Shown: piece after piece, positions 1 to 12,444 of the stretch
Layout: every line of letters begins with the position of its first letter
Numbering within the stretch: position 1 is the first letter of the stretch
Origin: Octopus bimaculoides
Taxonomy: Eukaryota
Assembly: GCF_001194135.2 (NCBI RefSeq)
Contig: NC_068981.1
Coordinates: 106,668,820-106,732,819 of the forward strand
Reading direction: 5' to 3'
DNA length: 64,000 nt
Notes under the pieces: generated by a model
The model's input: only the letters and a program-made list of their open reading frames with translations
Databases searched by the model: none
Told to the model about the DNA's origin: nothing
Made by a program: the position numbers and the translations under genes

Positions 1-330
1 CATTCTTTCAATTTTACAGGGGTCATCTGTATCCCTCACACTTCTCTTTCTGTATGTTAATCTTATCATTTGACTTCTAATTAACTACACTGATCATAGT
101 ATTCACATCCCTTATCTTTCTAACTGTAACTTAAACTCCTTTCACACCAGACCTTCTCTACTTTCATGATGAGAATTTTAACATCTTTCTTCAGTGGAAA
201 CTCATAAATACTTCAGCAACACAAAAACACTATCATTGCACAAACCAAAGAAACACTGTTGTTTCAAGAACAGTTGAATAATGTCACTATGAAATCTATA
301 CCTCATAATCTTTTTTGATTTCTCATGCTC

Positions 331-334
<4 letters not shown>

Positions 335-373
<39 letters not shown>
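335..373. repeat. (TA)n microsatellite
   Basis: Uninterrupted TA run. Confidence 0.95.
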
Positions 374-378
<5 letters not shown>

Positions 379-408
379 TATATGTGCGTGTATATGTATA
401 TTATATAT

Positions 409-738
409 GAAGGTGCATGGGTCAGTGGTTAAAGCGTTGGGATCATAATAATGAGGTAGTGAGTTTGATTCTCAGACCAGGCTATGTGTCGTGTTCTTGA
501 GCAAGACACTTCATTTCATGTTGTTTCAGTTCACTCAGCTGTGGAAATGAGTTACAATGTTACTGGTGTCAAGCTGTATTGGCCTTTGCTGATCTTGGAT
601 AACATCAGTGGCATGGAGAGGGGATGCTGTTAGGTATGGGTGACTGCAGGTCTTCCATAAACAATCTTGGCCAGATTTGTGCCTTGGAGGCGAACTTCCT
701 TGGTGCAATCCCATGTTCATTCATAACTGAATTTACCC
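409..738 (+). mobile_element. tRNA-headed SINE (family B), degenerate
   Basis: Head GGTGCATGGGTCAGTGGTTAAAGCG...GAGTTTGATTC has A/B-box-like motifs. Reverse-complement matches at about 26228-26500 and 55057-55393. Confidence 0.8.
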
Positions 739-789
739 TTTATTTATATATATATATATATATATATGGTTTGTTGATGACCCCACCAA

Positions 790-960
790 TGCTAGTGCCT
801 TGTAAAAAGTATCCAGTCCACACTCTAAAATAGTTGGTGTTTAGAAGGGCATCCAGCCATAAAAACAATGCTAAAACAGACAGTGAAATCTGATGCAGAC
901 TTTTGCTTAGCCAGCTCCTGTTAAACTGTCCAACCTGTGCCAGCATAGAAATGATGATAT
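790..960 (+). mobile_element. RTE LINE 3' tail (family C), degenerate
   Basis: AGAAGGGCATCCAGCCATAAAAAC...GCATAGAAATGATGAT resembles the young copy at 17345-17546. Confidence 0.6.
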
Positions 961-1235
961 ATAAAATGTAATTAGGTACAATCTAAACAATTTTTTTATC
1001 AAACTGACTGTTCAAAGAATTGCTCTCTAGTTATTATTTTACAAAATATTTTTCATACTCTGAATATTAGATATTTTGTAAAAGAACTTCAGAACAATTT
1101 TAAATGAGTTTTTAATTTAATTGTTATTGATGACAGATATTTTCTAAAATATATTTTGGGAAATTTATCTATAGGACAATTTTTAAATATAGAATAATTT
1201 TTAATATAAAATATGTGCAACAGATTTCAGATATT

Positions 1236-1461
1236 TTAAACTTTTAGCATTCAGATTTTTCTGTCAAATGTAATGTTTGTTTATTTATAGTTTTAAATTC
1301 ATCATGCTTTATCTTGTACTTTAGAGATGTTGATGATATGATTGCTTAGTTTTAGAATGACATTTTAGGGATGAGGTTAGAGGCCGGATCTGGCCAGTTT
1401 CAATATGGAACAAGTTAAATATTTTGGCCAGATATGGCCAGTTTGAATGCTAAAGAGTTAA
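1236..1461. mobile_element. TTAA/piggyBac-type MITE (family D)
   Basis: Ends TTAAACTTTTAGCATTCA and TGAATGCTAAAGAGTTAA. Internal sequence is shared with 55018-55598. Confidence 0.75.
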
Positions 1462-1647
1462 GTATATTCTTTTGTAAAATAATTTTAGCTATAGAACAAT
1501 TGGTTAAAAACTGGTTGACAACAAGCAACCAGTCAAAAGTGGTCTGATCAGTGGTTAAAACAGAAACTAGTCATGTGATGTGTAGAGTGATCATTGTACA
1601 TTAAAGTTAATGAATAAAACATTAACATAACTTTTCATACAGTTAGG

Positions 1648-1665
1648 TATGTGTATATATGTATG

Positions 1666-1738
<73 letters not shown>
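1648..1738. repeat. compound (TA)n(TG)n microsatellite
   Basis: Read directly. Confidence 0.95.
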
Positions 1739-1739
<1 letters not shown>

Positions 1740-1759
1740 GTAAATCCAAAAACACTGAA

Positions 1760-1955
1760 GAACAAACACAAGAAAAAAAACAACAATGTGAGGTCATGGT
1801 ACATGCAAAGTATTAGCAGATGCTCTGGGAGGGAAAGAAAGATGGATTTACGTTTCGAGCAAAGCTCTTCATCAGAAACAAGAGATGGGGGAAAGTCCAA
1901 GAGAAAAGGAAGATGGAGGAAAAAAATCGCCAACGATCCACATGGAACTATTAAA
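1760..1955 (-). mobile_element. Penelope-like terminal repeat with hammerhead-like core
   Basis: Shared with 48500-48690. Minus strand reads CTGATGA-AGAGCTTTGCTC-GAAACGTA. The Penelope assignment is inferred from this motif. Confidence 0.5.
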
Positions 1956-3119
1956 ATATGCTTCTACAATTTCAAGAATAATCTTGACACAGTAAAAACA
2001 AATGCCTAAGAAGTTTATTTTGCAACCACAAAGTACTCATATACCTGGGAAAGTGTTGCTACTATATTTGCCTACATCCTGTATTTTTTCTTGCATTTGT
2101 ATATATTCTTTGTTAATGTACACAGACATACACCCATATACAGTGGGTTTCTGCACAGTTTCCTTGTCGCAAATTCCACTCACATGTATTGGTCAACTTT
2201 ACTGAGACACACTAAATTTCATTTGCCAATCAAGATATAACATGGTTATTTTCAGTAGAGGGTGTTCATTGTGTTTCATTTTACTGTTCAAATATTATTG
2301 ACAAACAAATGCAGTGAGAAACCTATTTATTTGAACTGTATTAATTATTCAAACATTTTTGTAATAATTGAAGTTGTCTTAAAATCATTTCTAATTTTTT
2401 AAAAGAGAATTTGAAATAATTTTAATCTGTCTAGCTTTATAGCTATATAAGTTTAATATTTTCATTTTCAACTAGTATAGTTGAATGTTCAGTATTAGGA
2501 ATTTTGAGACAGATTCTTCAAATAGTTTTAGACAAATAGAATGAGTATAATGTTTACATTGGCTTAAATTCATTCATTAAAATAAGTTTGTAGGATTTAA
2601 AATTTTGTCAGTGGAAAGTAGGAAAACCAATTCATTAGATGTATCAGTAACAGTTGCACTTGATATATTTTTGCCAGGTAACATTTTAAAGACAGTTATA
2701 TATTTTATTTGAAAGATTATTGATTTGGCTACTGGAATTGGAAAGAATAACTTTTGTTTTCCCTTGAGAAAAGAATTGTCTTTATGAGCCAAACTTCCTG
2801 GAAATTTGAAACCTGTGTGACATTCTTGATTCAGGGTTGAAGTTATACCTTTTGCAAGAGACAAACAAATTTGGTTGTTTGATCACTAATGTGGTTAGGA
2901 ATTTTTTGACTGAATATGCAAAATGTCAGTAATGCTATAAAATATGAAGGGCAGCTGTTCCGCTACTAAGTTCCATGTTCTAACTGAAGCCTTTTGATAA
3001 ATTGTTGCATAAAAAACATGGTCAAAACTACCACCAATATGATAAAGAAATTCACCTTTGGACAAAACATGCCCTTTATGTCTTGTACAACACTCCTTGT
3101 ACTCAAGTATTCATTGTAT

Positions 3120-4096
3120 TGGCTGTACTCAAATGTCAGCAAACCTGGAAATGAGGCGGTCACTGAAGAAAGGGCAAAAAACGTCCATTGATACTCTGGC
3201 TGTGTGGGCTGTTGCCCCATCCTGCTGAAACCACATGTTGAATAGGGATACGTTTTCATCAGAATTCAGGCACAAAGAAGTTATTCATCATCTTGATGTC
3301 ATGCTCAGAGTTCACAGTAACAGCATTTCCATTATTGTCTTCAAAAAAGTAAGGACCAATGACAGCAGCTTTTCCAACAACACATCAGACCATCATGTTT
3401 GGGCTGTGCAGTGGTCTTTCATGCAGTTCTCTTGGATTTTCAAGAGCCCAGTAACGACAGTTCTTTTGATTCAGCATGTCATTGAGATGAAAATGAGCTT
3501 CATCACTCATTAACAAAATGAGGTTGTCATTTGCCTCAAAAATTGTTTCCATCTGAAGTGCAAAGTTAAGCCCCTGTGCATAGTCTTATGGTTTCAACTG
3601 TTGCCCAGTGACCAATTTGTATGGGTGGAAATGCAGGTCTTCATGCAAAATATGCCTTACCGATGCCAAGTTCAGTAGAATGCCTCCGAGCTGAGTGATT
3701 TGGACTCAAAGCTTGTCTGATGTGTTCCACATTTTCCAGGGTCCATACCGTTTGTGGTGCCCCCACTGGTCTCCTATTAATTAGTGTAACTCGTGTACGA
3801 AGTGCATTCACCCATTGTAAGATTGTAGTATGGGTGGCAACAGCCTGATTTTGGTGAATGTTGAAGAGACACTGAAACTCACGCTGAACTGCTGTGACAG
3901 ACTTGTTATTCTTCACGTAACTGTCATAGGCAAACACGCAATGCTCTATTGTTCACAGTACCATGGCTTCACCTGAAAAGGAAAAAAAATGCTAAGACAC
4001 CATGGACCAAATGGTACCTGTTGGACATCTGTCCCTCCTGCTGGGGCTGAGTAATAGCCATTTCAAAAACGTCTGTCCTTTCTGCCCCACCCTGTA
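3120..4096 (-). mobile_element. Tc1/mariner transposon remnant (DDxD type, maT/rosa-like), 3' truncated
   Basis: N-terminal HTH ORF 3641-3937 (AYDSYVKNNKSVTAVQREF...). A downstream frame reads LMSDEAHFHLNDMLNQKNCRYWALENP...GPYFFED...WFQQDGATAHTAR with internal stops. TIR-like end TACAGGGTGG on minus at 4096; the other end was not found. Confidence 0.85.
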
Positions 4097-4549
4097 TCAG
4101 AAAAAAAAAATTACAATAAATAAAAATGGAGCATTTGAACAGATATCAAAAATGTCTGTTTGAAAGGCTTGAACAGAAGTATTGTCTATTTTTCTATAAA
4201 CATTAAAAAAGTTTTTCTTTCCCATGAAAGTCTTTATTAGTGTTTGCATCTCTCTATGGCATGTAAATTGAAACAAATTTGCAAGCTTGAGCATGACCTT
4301 TTCATAGTTCATTTCAGGTACTGTGTCTTTTCTTTCTGGGAAATGTGGTGCAGCTATTACTAACAGGCTGGGTGACTCTATAAAGACTTCTTTGTTGGTT
4401 CATAACTTTTTAAGTGTATAGTGTAAATAAAAAAGTGTTATCAGAGTGTTCATTTACTGGTAGAAGGGTTTATAATTTGTAGACCCTTGTAGATGTGTTC
4501 TTGTTTCGTTTTATTTTGATGACTGCTTTTTCATGCTTGCATAGATTAG

Positions 4550-4790
4550 ATGGAATTCAATGAGGCATATTTTCTATGGCTGGATGCCTTTCCAGTTGGC
4601 AGCCTCCACCTGTTTTCATGGTGTTTACATGATAGATACACACATATATATTATGGGCTTTTTTCATTTCCCATGTACCACATCCAATGTTTTGATCAAG
4701 CTATCACTAGAGTAGAAAGTACTTGCCTAGGGTGCCATGCAGTGGGATTGAAACTGAAAGTACTCGGCTCTTATTAGTTTAAGTCACTTA
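4550..4790 (-). mobile_element. SINE with family-A head and RTE tail (family G), degenerate
   Basis: GGCTGGATGCCTTTCC...TGCAGTGGGATTGAA resembles 25160-25595. Confidence 0.5.
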
Positions 4791-4875
4791 GCCATAATGG
4801 TAATATAGCATAAATTGTACTGTTCACTAATACAAACTGTAGGGATGCTATATGATTGTTGAGAGTTTCATTTAC

Positions 4876-5093
4876 TTAACCCTTTGGTTATGATATTTTT
4901 GCTGAAATGCACTGCATTTGTTTCAATTAATTCTAAATATAATGAAGAATTTAGTAAAGTAATTCTGTTATTATTAAGCTGGTGTTTGGAACATAAATTA
5001 TCATTGAGTTTTGATGAAAAGTTTTAACTGAGATTATTTTAAAGCATGAAATGTTTTATATCATAAAACCAAGGGTGCTATCAAAAGAGTTAA
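4876..5093. mobile_element. TTAA/piggyBac-type MITE (family E)
   Basis: Ends TTAACCCTTTGG and AAAAGAGTTAA. Internal similarity to 57163-57383. Confidence 0.7.
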
Positions 5094-6130
5094 GTGCTGA
5101 GTGCAAAACGTTTTATGAATGACCTGAAAGAGAAAATTTTCAACCAGCCAATATCTTGAAAATCAGGATGAGCTTCATCCAACACATGAAATCTGTTAAA
5201 GATAAAATATTTAACGCAGGTAGTATTTTTAGCAGGTTTGACAGTTATTACAGTGTACATTCAATAATTTAAAAGACTTGCTTGAGTTAGGCAAATTATC
5301 TCTCTGTCCTGTAGAGTGAGAAATAGTCACTTTTTGATAGTATTACATTTACTTGTGATATCTTAATTTTGTGCTTTTAACTTTTTTTTTGTCTATTGTC
5401 TGGGCACTTTTCACATGATTTTTTCCCCCTCATACTTTTCATGTTAATGGAATCTCCATGTTTAGTCCAGAGTTCAAAAACCAAATACAAACATTTCTTT
5501 AAAGTAATATTATGTTTGAAATTCTTCAAGACTGAAATTTTAAATAGAGTAATCTGTTTTAAATAATTATTAAGAAAAGATTTTTCATTTTTCTAAGAAT
5601 AGAAACCGACATGTACAAAGGCAGAGTAAGGAAATCATACTAATTTTGTGCAAAAATTATTTACAACCTAAGCAAAAACTACTGCTGTTAACAGCTGGGA
5701 GCAGTTTTTAAATCCTGTTTAATGAAAGTTCTGAAATATGGCTGTTAAAACTTGTGCAAACTAACTTCAGTTATTCATATCTTCAGTAATGTCATGTGAA
5801 TTTTTTTTAGTGGTTCCCAATTCTAATGATTTTTTTCTTTTGTTCTACTTTTGCTTTTGATTATATTCATAAGATTCTATAACTATGCTTATCAATGTAA
5901 TTAATATATATAATGTAAATATATACACACACAGTGTTTTGCTATAAAATCTATTTGTATGTGTGTGTGTGTGCACGCATACACACACACACATATATGA
6001 GTATGATGCAGTCCTTGGACTCATCAAGTCCTGTCAAGCTGTCCAAGTCAGTAAGTTAGTCTTGCATGGAATATGGACATTAAATGATGATAATGATTGT
6101 ATGTATATATATATAATCATGTTTTTGTAG

Positions 6131-6235
6131 ACTAAAGTATGTGATTCTTACCACAGGAGAAAGTTATTCAGTGATGCTTCTCTAAGCCAAACTGAAAATG
6201 GAGATTATCCAAAGGAAAATAGCATAGGCAATAGT
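6131..6235 (+). CDS. candidate internal exon (105 nt, phase 0-0), TKVCDSYHRRKLFSDASLSQTENGDYPKENSIGNS; gene not identified
   Basis: Acceptor TTTTTGTAG, donor GTAAGT, one fully open frame, length a multiple of 3. A second GTAAGT lies 7 nt downstream and an alternative acceptor at 6156. No homology recognised. Confidence 0.45.
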
Positions 6236-8833
6236 GTAAGTTGTAAGTCTTTTTAAGTTATAGCTTACACTACAGGTTTAATTGTACCACTTGCTCATCT
6301 ATCAACCTGGGTCTTCAGATTTCACAAAACATCCAACTAAAACCTGCAATGCACCCCACTCACTCACCTCTGCAAAATATTTTCATTCGCTTTTGCTTAC
6401 TGTATTAATTCACAACTAGATTCACACCTACTTTTGTCTCTGGTGTCTTGTAGTAGTTTAAAAAGAGAATTGACACCCAAAATTACTGCTTTTTATTTCT
6501 GATACCTAATGTATAAAATTAATTCCATTTTTTTTTTTATCATGAGAATGTAAGAAGGCTGGAACATGTCTATTTTATAACAGTTCCTTCATTCATAAAA
6601 TCTCTTTACAGTATAGATGATAGTCTATGGTATTTGCACCAAGAGCTTTAATCTGTGACCCGTAATAGTTTACTGTAGAAACAGACTTGAAAGTAGCAGT
6701 TTGCTGTCTTCTCTTGTTGCAATGTAACATTGTATAGTGCTGTAGATTTGTTAACATTGACAACTGTTCATTTTAGTATTAATTAATGAAATAGAATTAT
6801 TCTTGTCGTCAGCTTAGTTTATTAATATTCTCATGATTATTAACATATTCATGCAGTGAATTTATCATCTTTGATGCTGAAAATGAAGTATTTTGAGGGA
6901 ATAAGAATAGTGTTGTATAAGACAGCATTTGATATTATTTATATCAATTAATTCCTATTGATAATAAATTTTTGTTTATATTCAGATGTTATAAATTTTG
7001 TTTTATTACTGTTTTACATTCATTTTTCTATGTTGCTTTATTGCGCATATTAAAGTATGTTAGAAGCAAATATTTTCTACTGCTAGATACCCTTCTTTTT
7101 ATCAACAAAGTAAGAAAAGTATTTTCTGTCACTGATACATTGAGATTCCATTCTTGTAGAATCTTTTGTAGTTTAGTAAAAGGTGCCTTTGTGTGAATTA
7201 GTTTAATGTAGGGTAAACTGTTTACAACTAACACAACATGCACTTCATGATCATAACCAAAATTTAAGTTTGTATTGGTGATTAAGATCATTTGTGTGCT
7301 CTGTCTGAGATGGCCATACTACAGTGCTTTTTTTAGGTCCTCAGAGTTTAAATCAAAACTACTTACAACCGTACAAATTTTGAATATATAGTACTGCCTC
7401 TGTTAGCTGTGGCAAGTTTCTCCTTCTCTGGGTGAACCATTTGAGTTAGGTGTCAAAGGGGACAATATACTGTGGTGTTATCTCTGCTCTCACTGCAAAA
7501 GAATAATCTATTTTAACTGCACACTATCTATTCTGAGACTTGAACACTTAGCCATATCAGTTATTTATCATCTTATAATCAAATGTGTTCCTGATAATGA
7601 TACTAGAAAATTACTTCAGTTCTTTATTTTAGTCATATTAAAATACATCTATTGTAAAAGGCACATAGTTTGGCTGTCACTGGCTGCCTCATTTTTCTTA
7701 ATTATTCACACACAAAAGCTAATGTACTCTAGTGTTAATGATGTATATGCAGACAAGAATGTTTAGATATTAAGATTGGAAATATGCTGCGTTTCTAAGG
7801 TGTCTGTCTATTTCATACTGAAATTGCCTGTGAAATTATCAAAGCAACAAATATTACTGAAGTTGCAAAATATTTATTTCTGTATCAAAATGAATCTGCT
7901 GCCAACCTGAGTTCTTGAATAGCAGCTTAGGTTTGCTGTCATACTTGATGAATGAATAAGGGTAATGAAAATGTGTTGTTGGCTATAAATACTGATGAAA
8001 AAAATAAAAAAACAGTCCATCATATACTTGATTAAGCAAGTCTCTTTACTCTTCTTATCTTTATTTGAAAAGTACTTGTTCTCAGTGACATAACATTCAT
8101 GTGAAAATAGGTTATACTGAACCATATGAGATAAACTTAAATGTGGGCTTATAAATGATATTGTATTTGAAATGACAGTCTACTTTTACATAAGATGAGG
8201 AATACATAGAAACAGTGTATAAGGATGTTAGTAGTACATGTCAAATACATATTGCTATCAGTTCTGCTAGTAGATGGAAATGCTGGAACTTCAGAGTGCA
8301 TTCAGTTTTTGAAGGTTCTTTGAAAATAATCCAATTTTGTAGATTTGATTAACTCACAACAGTGTAGAAAATAGTTGTAAGAAAGATATAGAGAGATATA
8401 TTTTGAAGACAGCTTTGATTGATTTTACACTGAAAGGAAGTGAGATTAATATAAGTTGAAATAAAAATTATTTAATGAGATAGGCTTATGATATTTGAAG
8501 ATAGTAAACATTTGAAATGCAATTGTTTTGTAGTTGATGATAGTACTGTATATAATCTATTTGTATATTGCTAATAAACACCAAAGTATGATATAATTGG
8601 AGTTTTTCTTAGTAAGCAAAATTGTTACAAAATTATTTTGTAATATTTGCAAAAACGGAATATCTAAACATTTTTATATATTTATAGAAATGTTGTTTAC
8701 ATATGCATTATTTAAAAATAAAAACGAAAGATGGATGCAATATTTAAGAAAAATATTTGTGTAAACATCTTTGGTAATTTAAAAACAAACCTACTTATCT
8801 CTATTTTCAAAAGAAGTATGTTTATTATTTATT

Positions 8834-8879
<46 letters not shown>

Positions 8880-9008
8880 TAAAAGATTGAGAAACCTAAG
8901 AATCTTCAAAACACACCATGAATTGTTTTTATGTGAAAGTATTTGTGTATGTGTACATGCATGCTCACTCTTATCAGTTGCATTTCTTTTCTTTCTTCAT
9001 ACAAGCAG

Positions 9009-9086
9009 AGATTGGATATTTTCTTGCAATATTTGGGACTTCTATTTTAATACCAAATACAATTAATCTTGTCCACATTATATGGG
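9009..9086 (+). CDS. candidate cassette exon (78 nt, phase 1-1), (E)IGYFLAIFGTSILIPNTINLVHIIW(G)
   Basis: Long polypyrimidine tract ending AAGCAG, donor GG/GTATGC, symmetric phase, one open frame. The hydrophobicity may only reflect AT bias. Confidence 0.3.
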
Positions 9087-9380
9087 GTATGCTTCATGTA
9101 TGAAGTTAATAAGATTGAAATATCATCATGGAGTTGTCATCAGTATTTGTTGGAAAACACGACATTGACTAATATTTTTTCCAACCTTTTTTTTATATTC
9201 CATTGCATTGACTGTTAATGCATGGAACATAAAAATGTTAACACACAATTGTGGTAGCACTTAGCTATTGTATAGCCTATGTTGACAATGTTTGTTTCTA
9301 TCATCATACTTAATGAAGGGCTTTGTTCTGGGTTTTTGAATTGACAGTGGTGATTGTAACATAACTTTATATATATATAT

Positions 9381-10105
9381 CATCATTACTTAACGCCCGC
9401 TTTCCATGCTAGCATGGGTTGGACGATTTGACTGAGGACTGGTGAACCAGATGGCTACACCAGGCTCCAATCTGATTTGGCAGAGTTTCTACAGCTGGAT
9501 GCCCTTCCTAACGCCAACCACTCCGAGAGTGTAGTGGATGCTTTTATGTGCCACCGGCACGAAGGCCAGTCAGGCGGTACTGGCAACGGCCATGCTCAAA
9601 ATGGTGTATTTTACATACCACCTGCACAGGAGCCAGTCCAGCGGCACTGGCAACGATCTCACTCAAATGTCTTTTCATGTGCGACCGGCACAAGTGCCAG
9701 GAAGGCGACGACGGTGGTAATGATCACACTCAAATTGTGCTCTTTATGTGCCACCGGCATGGAAGCCAGACAGCTGCTCTGGCAACGATCACACTCGAAC
9801 GGTGTTCTTAGCGCTCCACAGGTGCCATCACGATTTCACTTTCGCTTGCCCTAACAGGTCTTCGCAAGCCCGGTTTAGTGTCCAATGAAGGAGATGTTGG
9901 TATGGGTGCCAGTTGTCAAATTTAGTTCGATTTTGATTTCACTTGCTTCAACAGGTCTTCGCAAGCGGAGTTTAGTGTCCAATGAAGGAAAGGTACACAT
10001 AAGTGGGCTGACTACATCTCTGGCAGAGGCCTAGGATTTTGGTCTCACTTGGCTTGCCGGGTCTTCTCATGCACAGCATATTTCCAAAGGTCTCGGTCAG
10101 AAGTC

Positions 10106-10107
<2 letters not shown>
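9381..10107 (-). mobile_element. 5'-truncated RTE LINE 3' end (ORF2 terminus, 3' UTR, (GAT)n tail)
   Basis: Minus strand reads MTSDRDLWKYAVHEKTRQAK*, then a UTR with ~65-bp tandem repeats (9530-9830), the CCATGCTAGCATGG palindrome and the tail. Flanked by (TA)n on both sides. Confidence 0.85.
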
Positions 10108-10159
<52 letters not shown>

Positions 10160-10640
10160 GCACACATACACACATACACTCAGTGTATGTATAATAAAAT
10201 ATAAATTTATTTTATAAAATATATATACGTTTAGTATGTCTGATGTGAATGTGTGTGAAAGGGAAGGATTGGAAAGTTATGTTAAAAAAGGAGATAATTC
10301 CTGAGCAATGCACGTTCAATATACAAGTGAAGGTGATATGTGGAGCTGTGGATTTCATGATTCTAATGCAGCAAAGTGAATTAAAGTGTAGAACCAAGAT
10401 TGAAAATATTGGTTGAATTTCACTACATTGAAAGTAGAGCAAGAAATAAAACATTTAGTAAACAATTTTCAGTTGGCACCAATGAATTCTACCCTGCTGA
10501 AAGAAAGCTTTCTTCTGTAGAATCTAGAGGGAGTTACTTTATTAATATTAGTGAAATGAAATTCAGAATAATGAAGGTTGTTATTGAAAATTAATATGAT
10601 TGGTTTCTTCTCTGCTGTTTTTTCTTTTACTTTCTTACAG

Positions 10641-10747
10641 ATTGTGATCTTAACAGCATAGCACATTTTTTAAAGTCTAATGCTGGTCATATCACTCTGT
10701 ATTGTAATATAATCTCACTGCTATTCTCCGTGAAAGCACTATTTTGA
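10641..10747 (+). other. candidate terminal exon, phase 1: (D)CDLNSIAHFLKSNAGHITLYCNIISLLFSVKALF*
   Basis: Very strong acceptor (TTTTTTCTTTTACTTTCTTACAG) followed by 34 open codons. No clear donor. Confidence 0.22.
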
Positions 10748-12444
10748 TATGTACATATGCATAATTATATTTCTGAAATTTCTTGATTGCATTTCTTTTA
10801 TGTCTAGTTTTGAGAAACTCTATAGAGGTTTTGCTTCTTCACTCTTGTCATTTAAAACTCATTTCATTGTTGAGAAATACAAAGGTGATAGACCAATGGA
10901 AGTACCTCTGTGAAGTTGTTTGATGTACTAGAAATAGTTGCCAAATTTTGTTGAATTCACACCCTACTTTATGAGAAAGACAGACAGATTGCTTACAGCC
11001 GAACTGTCTTTGATCATAGTTCTGTTCAGTCAGCTGATTCTTTCAGAACTGATTCACACATGTGCTCAAGTCCTACCATATTATCATTCCATTTACTTTA
11101 TTACCTGTGCTTGCTCACTGTCAGGCAAATAGACAGCCAACAAACTATTTTCTTTTTTAACATTTAATTAAAATATTTTCATGGTCAGATTCAATTTTCA
11201 ATACTTACAGGTTTAGTAAAGTAAAAAGTGTTAAATAAAAAAAAAAAAAAAAAAAAAAAAGGCAACAACAGTGAAAGAGCTAGAGTGTAGTTTTGAATGA
11301 ATGAACTATGTTAATCATGTTAATATTTTCAATTGGAGTGACAGAGGTATTGTGTTGCATCCTTTGCTGAAACAGGATGCTATTTTCCTCAATCTCCCAA
11401 ATTACACTTAAATTTTTACATTTACAAGCTTATCCCAGTCGTACCAGTATGGAAGATAAGATATAAAACATACAAGATGCTATCTTTTGCTAATTAAATA
11501 TGTAGTTATTTTCAAAACAGATTTCATATCAATGAGTTAATTATCATTAATTAGCATTATCTATTACTGAGAAAAGTTAAAATATTCAATGCTGATTGAA
11601 ATCTGGTTTCAGTGATTTTTTTTTCCTTTTTTCTTGTGATCAGTGCGAAAGTAGAAGAAACCATAGGTTTTGCTAATATTTTTAAATAGCTTATTCTGTT
11701 TAGTATTGCTAAAATGCCACAGAGCTTGCAATAAAACCCACTATTTTCTCATGCTGTTTTAATTTGAAAGTTCCGTACTCAGTCAACTATTACTGAGGCA
11801 AGTTATTTTGCATCAGTTACTCTATTGATATCAGAAATCAATAGCAACACATTGTTTTAAAAGGGTTTATTACATTATCTTAATTTCCATTGTTCATATG
11901 TGTCTGATTTCAGCAGGCAACTAATTATCATATTTATTCCTGTATTATTTTTTGGTAGCTTCTGCATAGACATTTGATATTAGATTTGAGAATCTATTTT
12001 CTTTCCTATATGCATACACTTTCGAAAAAAATGATTCAGTTTAAAGTTAGATTACCCAAAAGGTAATTTTTAGATTTAAAAACTGAAAAATAGAGATTAA
12101 CATCTATATTTTTTTAGTTCTTAAATCAACCCTCTCTTTAGGTATTTACTCTTTCAATTCAAATAAATGACTCTTAAAAAATAATTTTACAAATGTCAGG
12201 TTTCAAAATTATTGGTTGCTGTTAATTGCATTTAAATGGTAAGCACACGTTCTTTAGTTCGGAAGCTTTTCTTTAGTGGTTTGTTAATTTTGGTAAGAAG
12301 GGTCAGTGAAACAAAACCCTTTTAATCCCTTCTATTAATATTCTCAGACGTATTCTACAACAAACAGCTTTTATATCCTCATTGTTAGCAATAAAATATT
12401 TAGGACGTCTTTCATTTTAAAACATTGTGTATGCGTGTAAAGCC

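Noticed and set aside
1591-2009. ORFs with YI/CV/HT dipeptide runs (also at 13551, 19645, 24859, 42032, 50113 and others)
   Set aside because: These are translations of TA/TG/CA microsatellites or N gaps, not proteins.
2577-2864. 95-aa minus ORF
   Set aside because: No recognisable motif or splice context; the length is attainable by chance or from a decayed TE.
5090-5192. Minus-strand frame FHVLDEAHPDFQDIGWL with a DEAH-like motif after a plausible acceptor
   Set aside because: No donor and no other helicase motifs in the window; a short match is expected by chance.
9530-9830. ~65-bp repeat array as CRISPR-like (also 48960-49080)
   Set aside because: These are degenerate tandem units without unique spacers, inside an RTE 3' UTR in a eukaryotic context.
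10990-11170. Frame ending SSPTILSFHLLYYLCLLTVR (GPI-like), plus a weak hairpin
   Set aside because: Weak acceptor, AT-driven hydrophobicity, and poor pairing.
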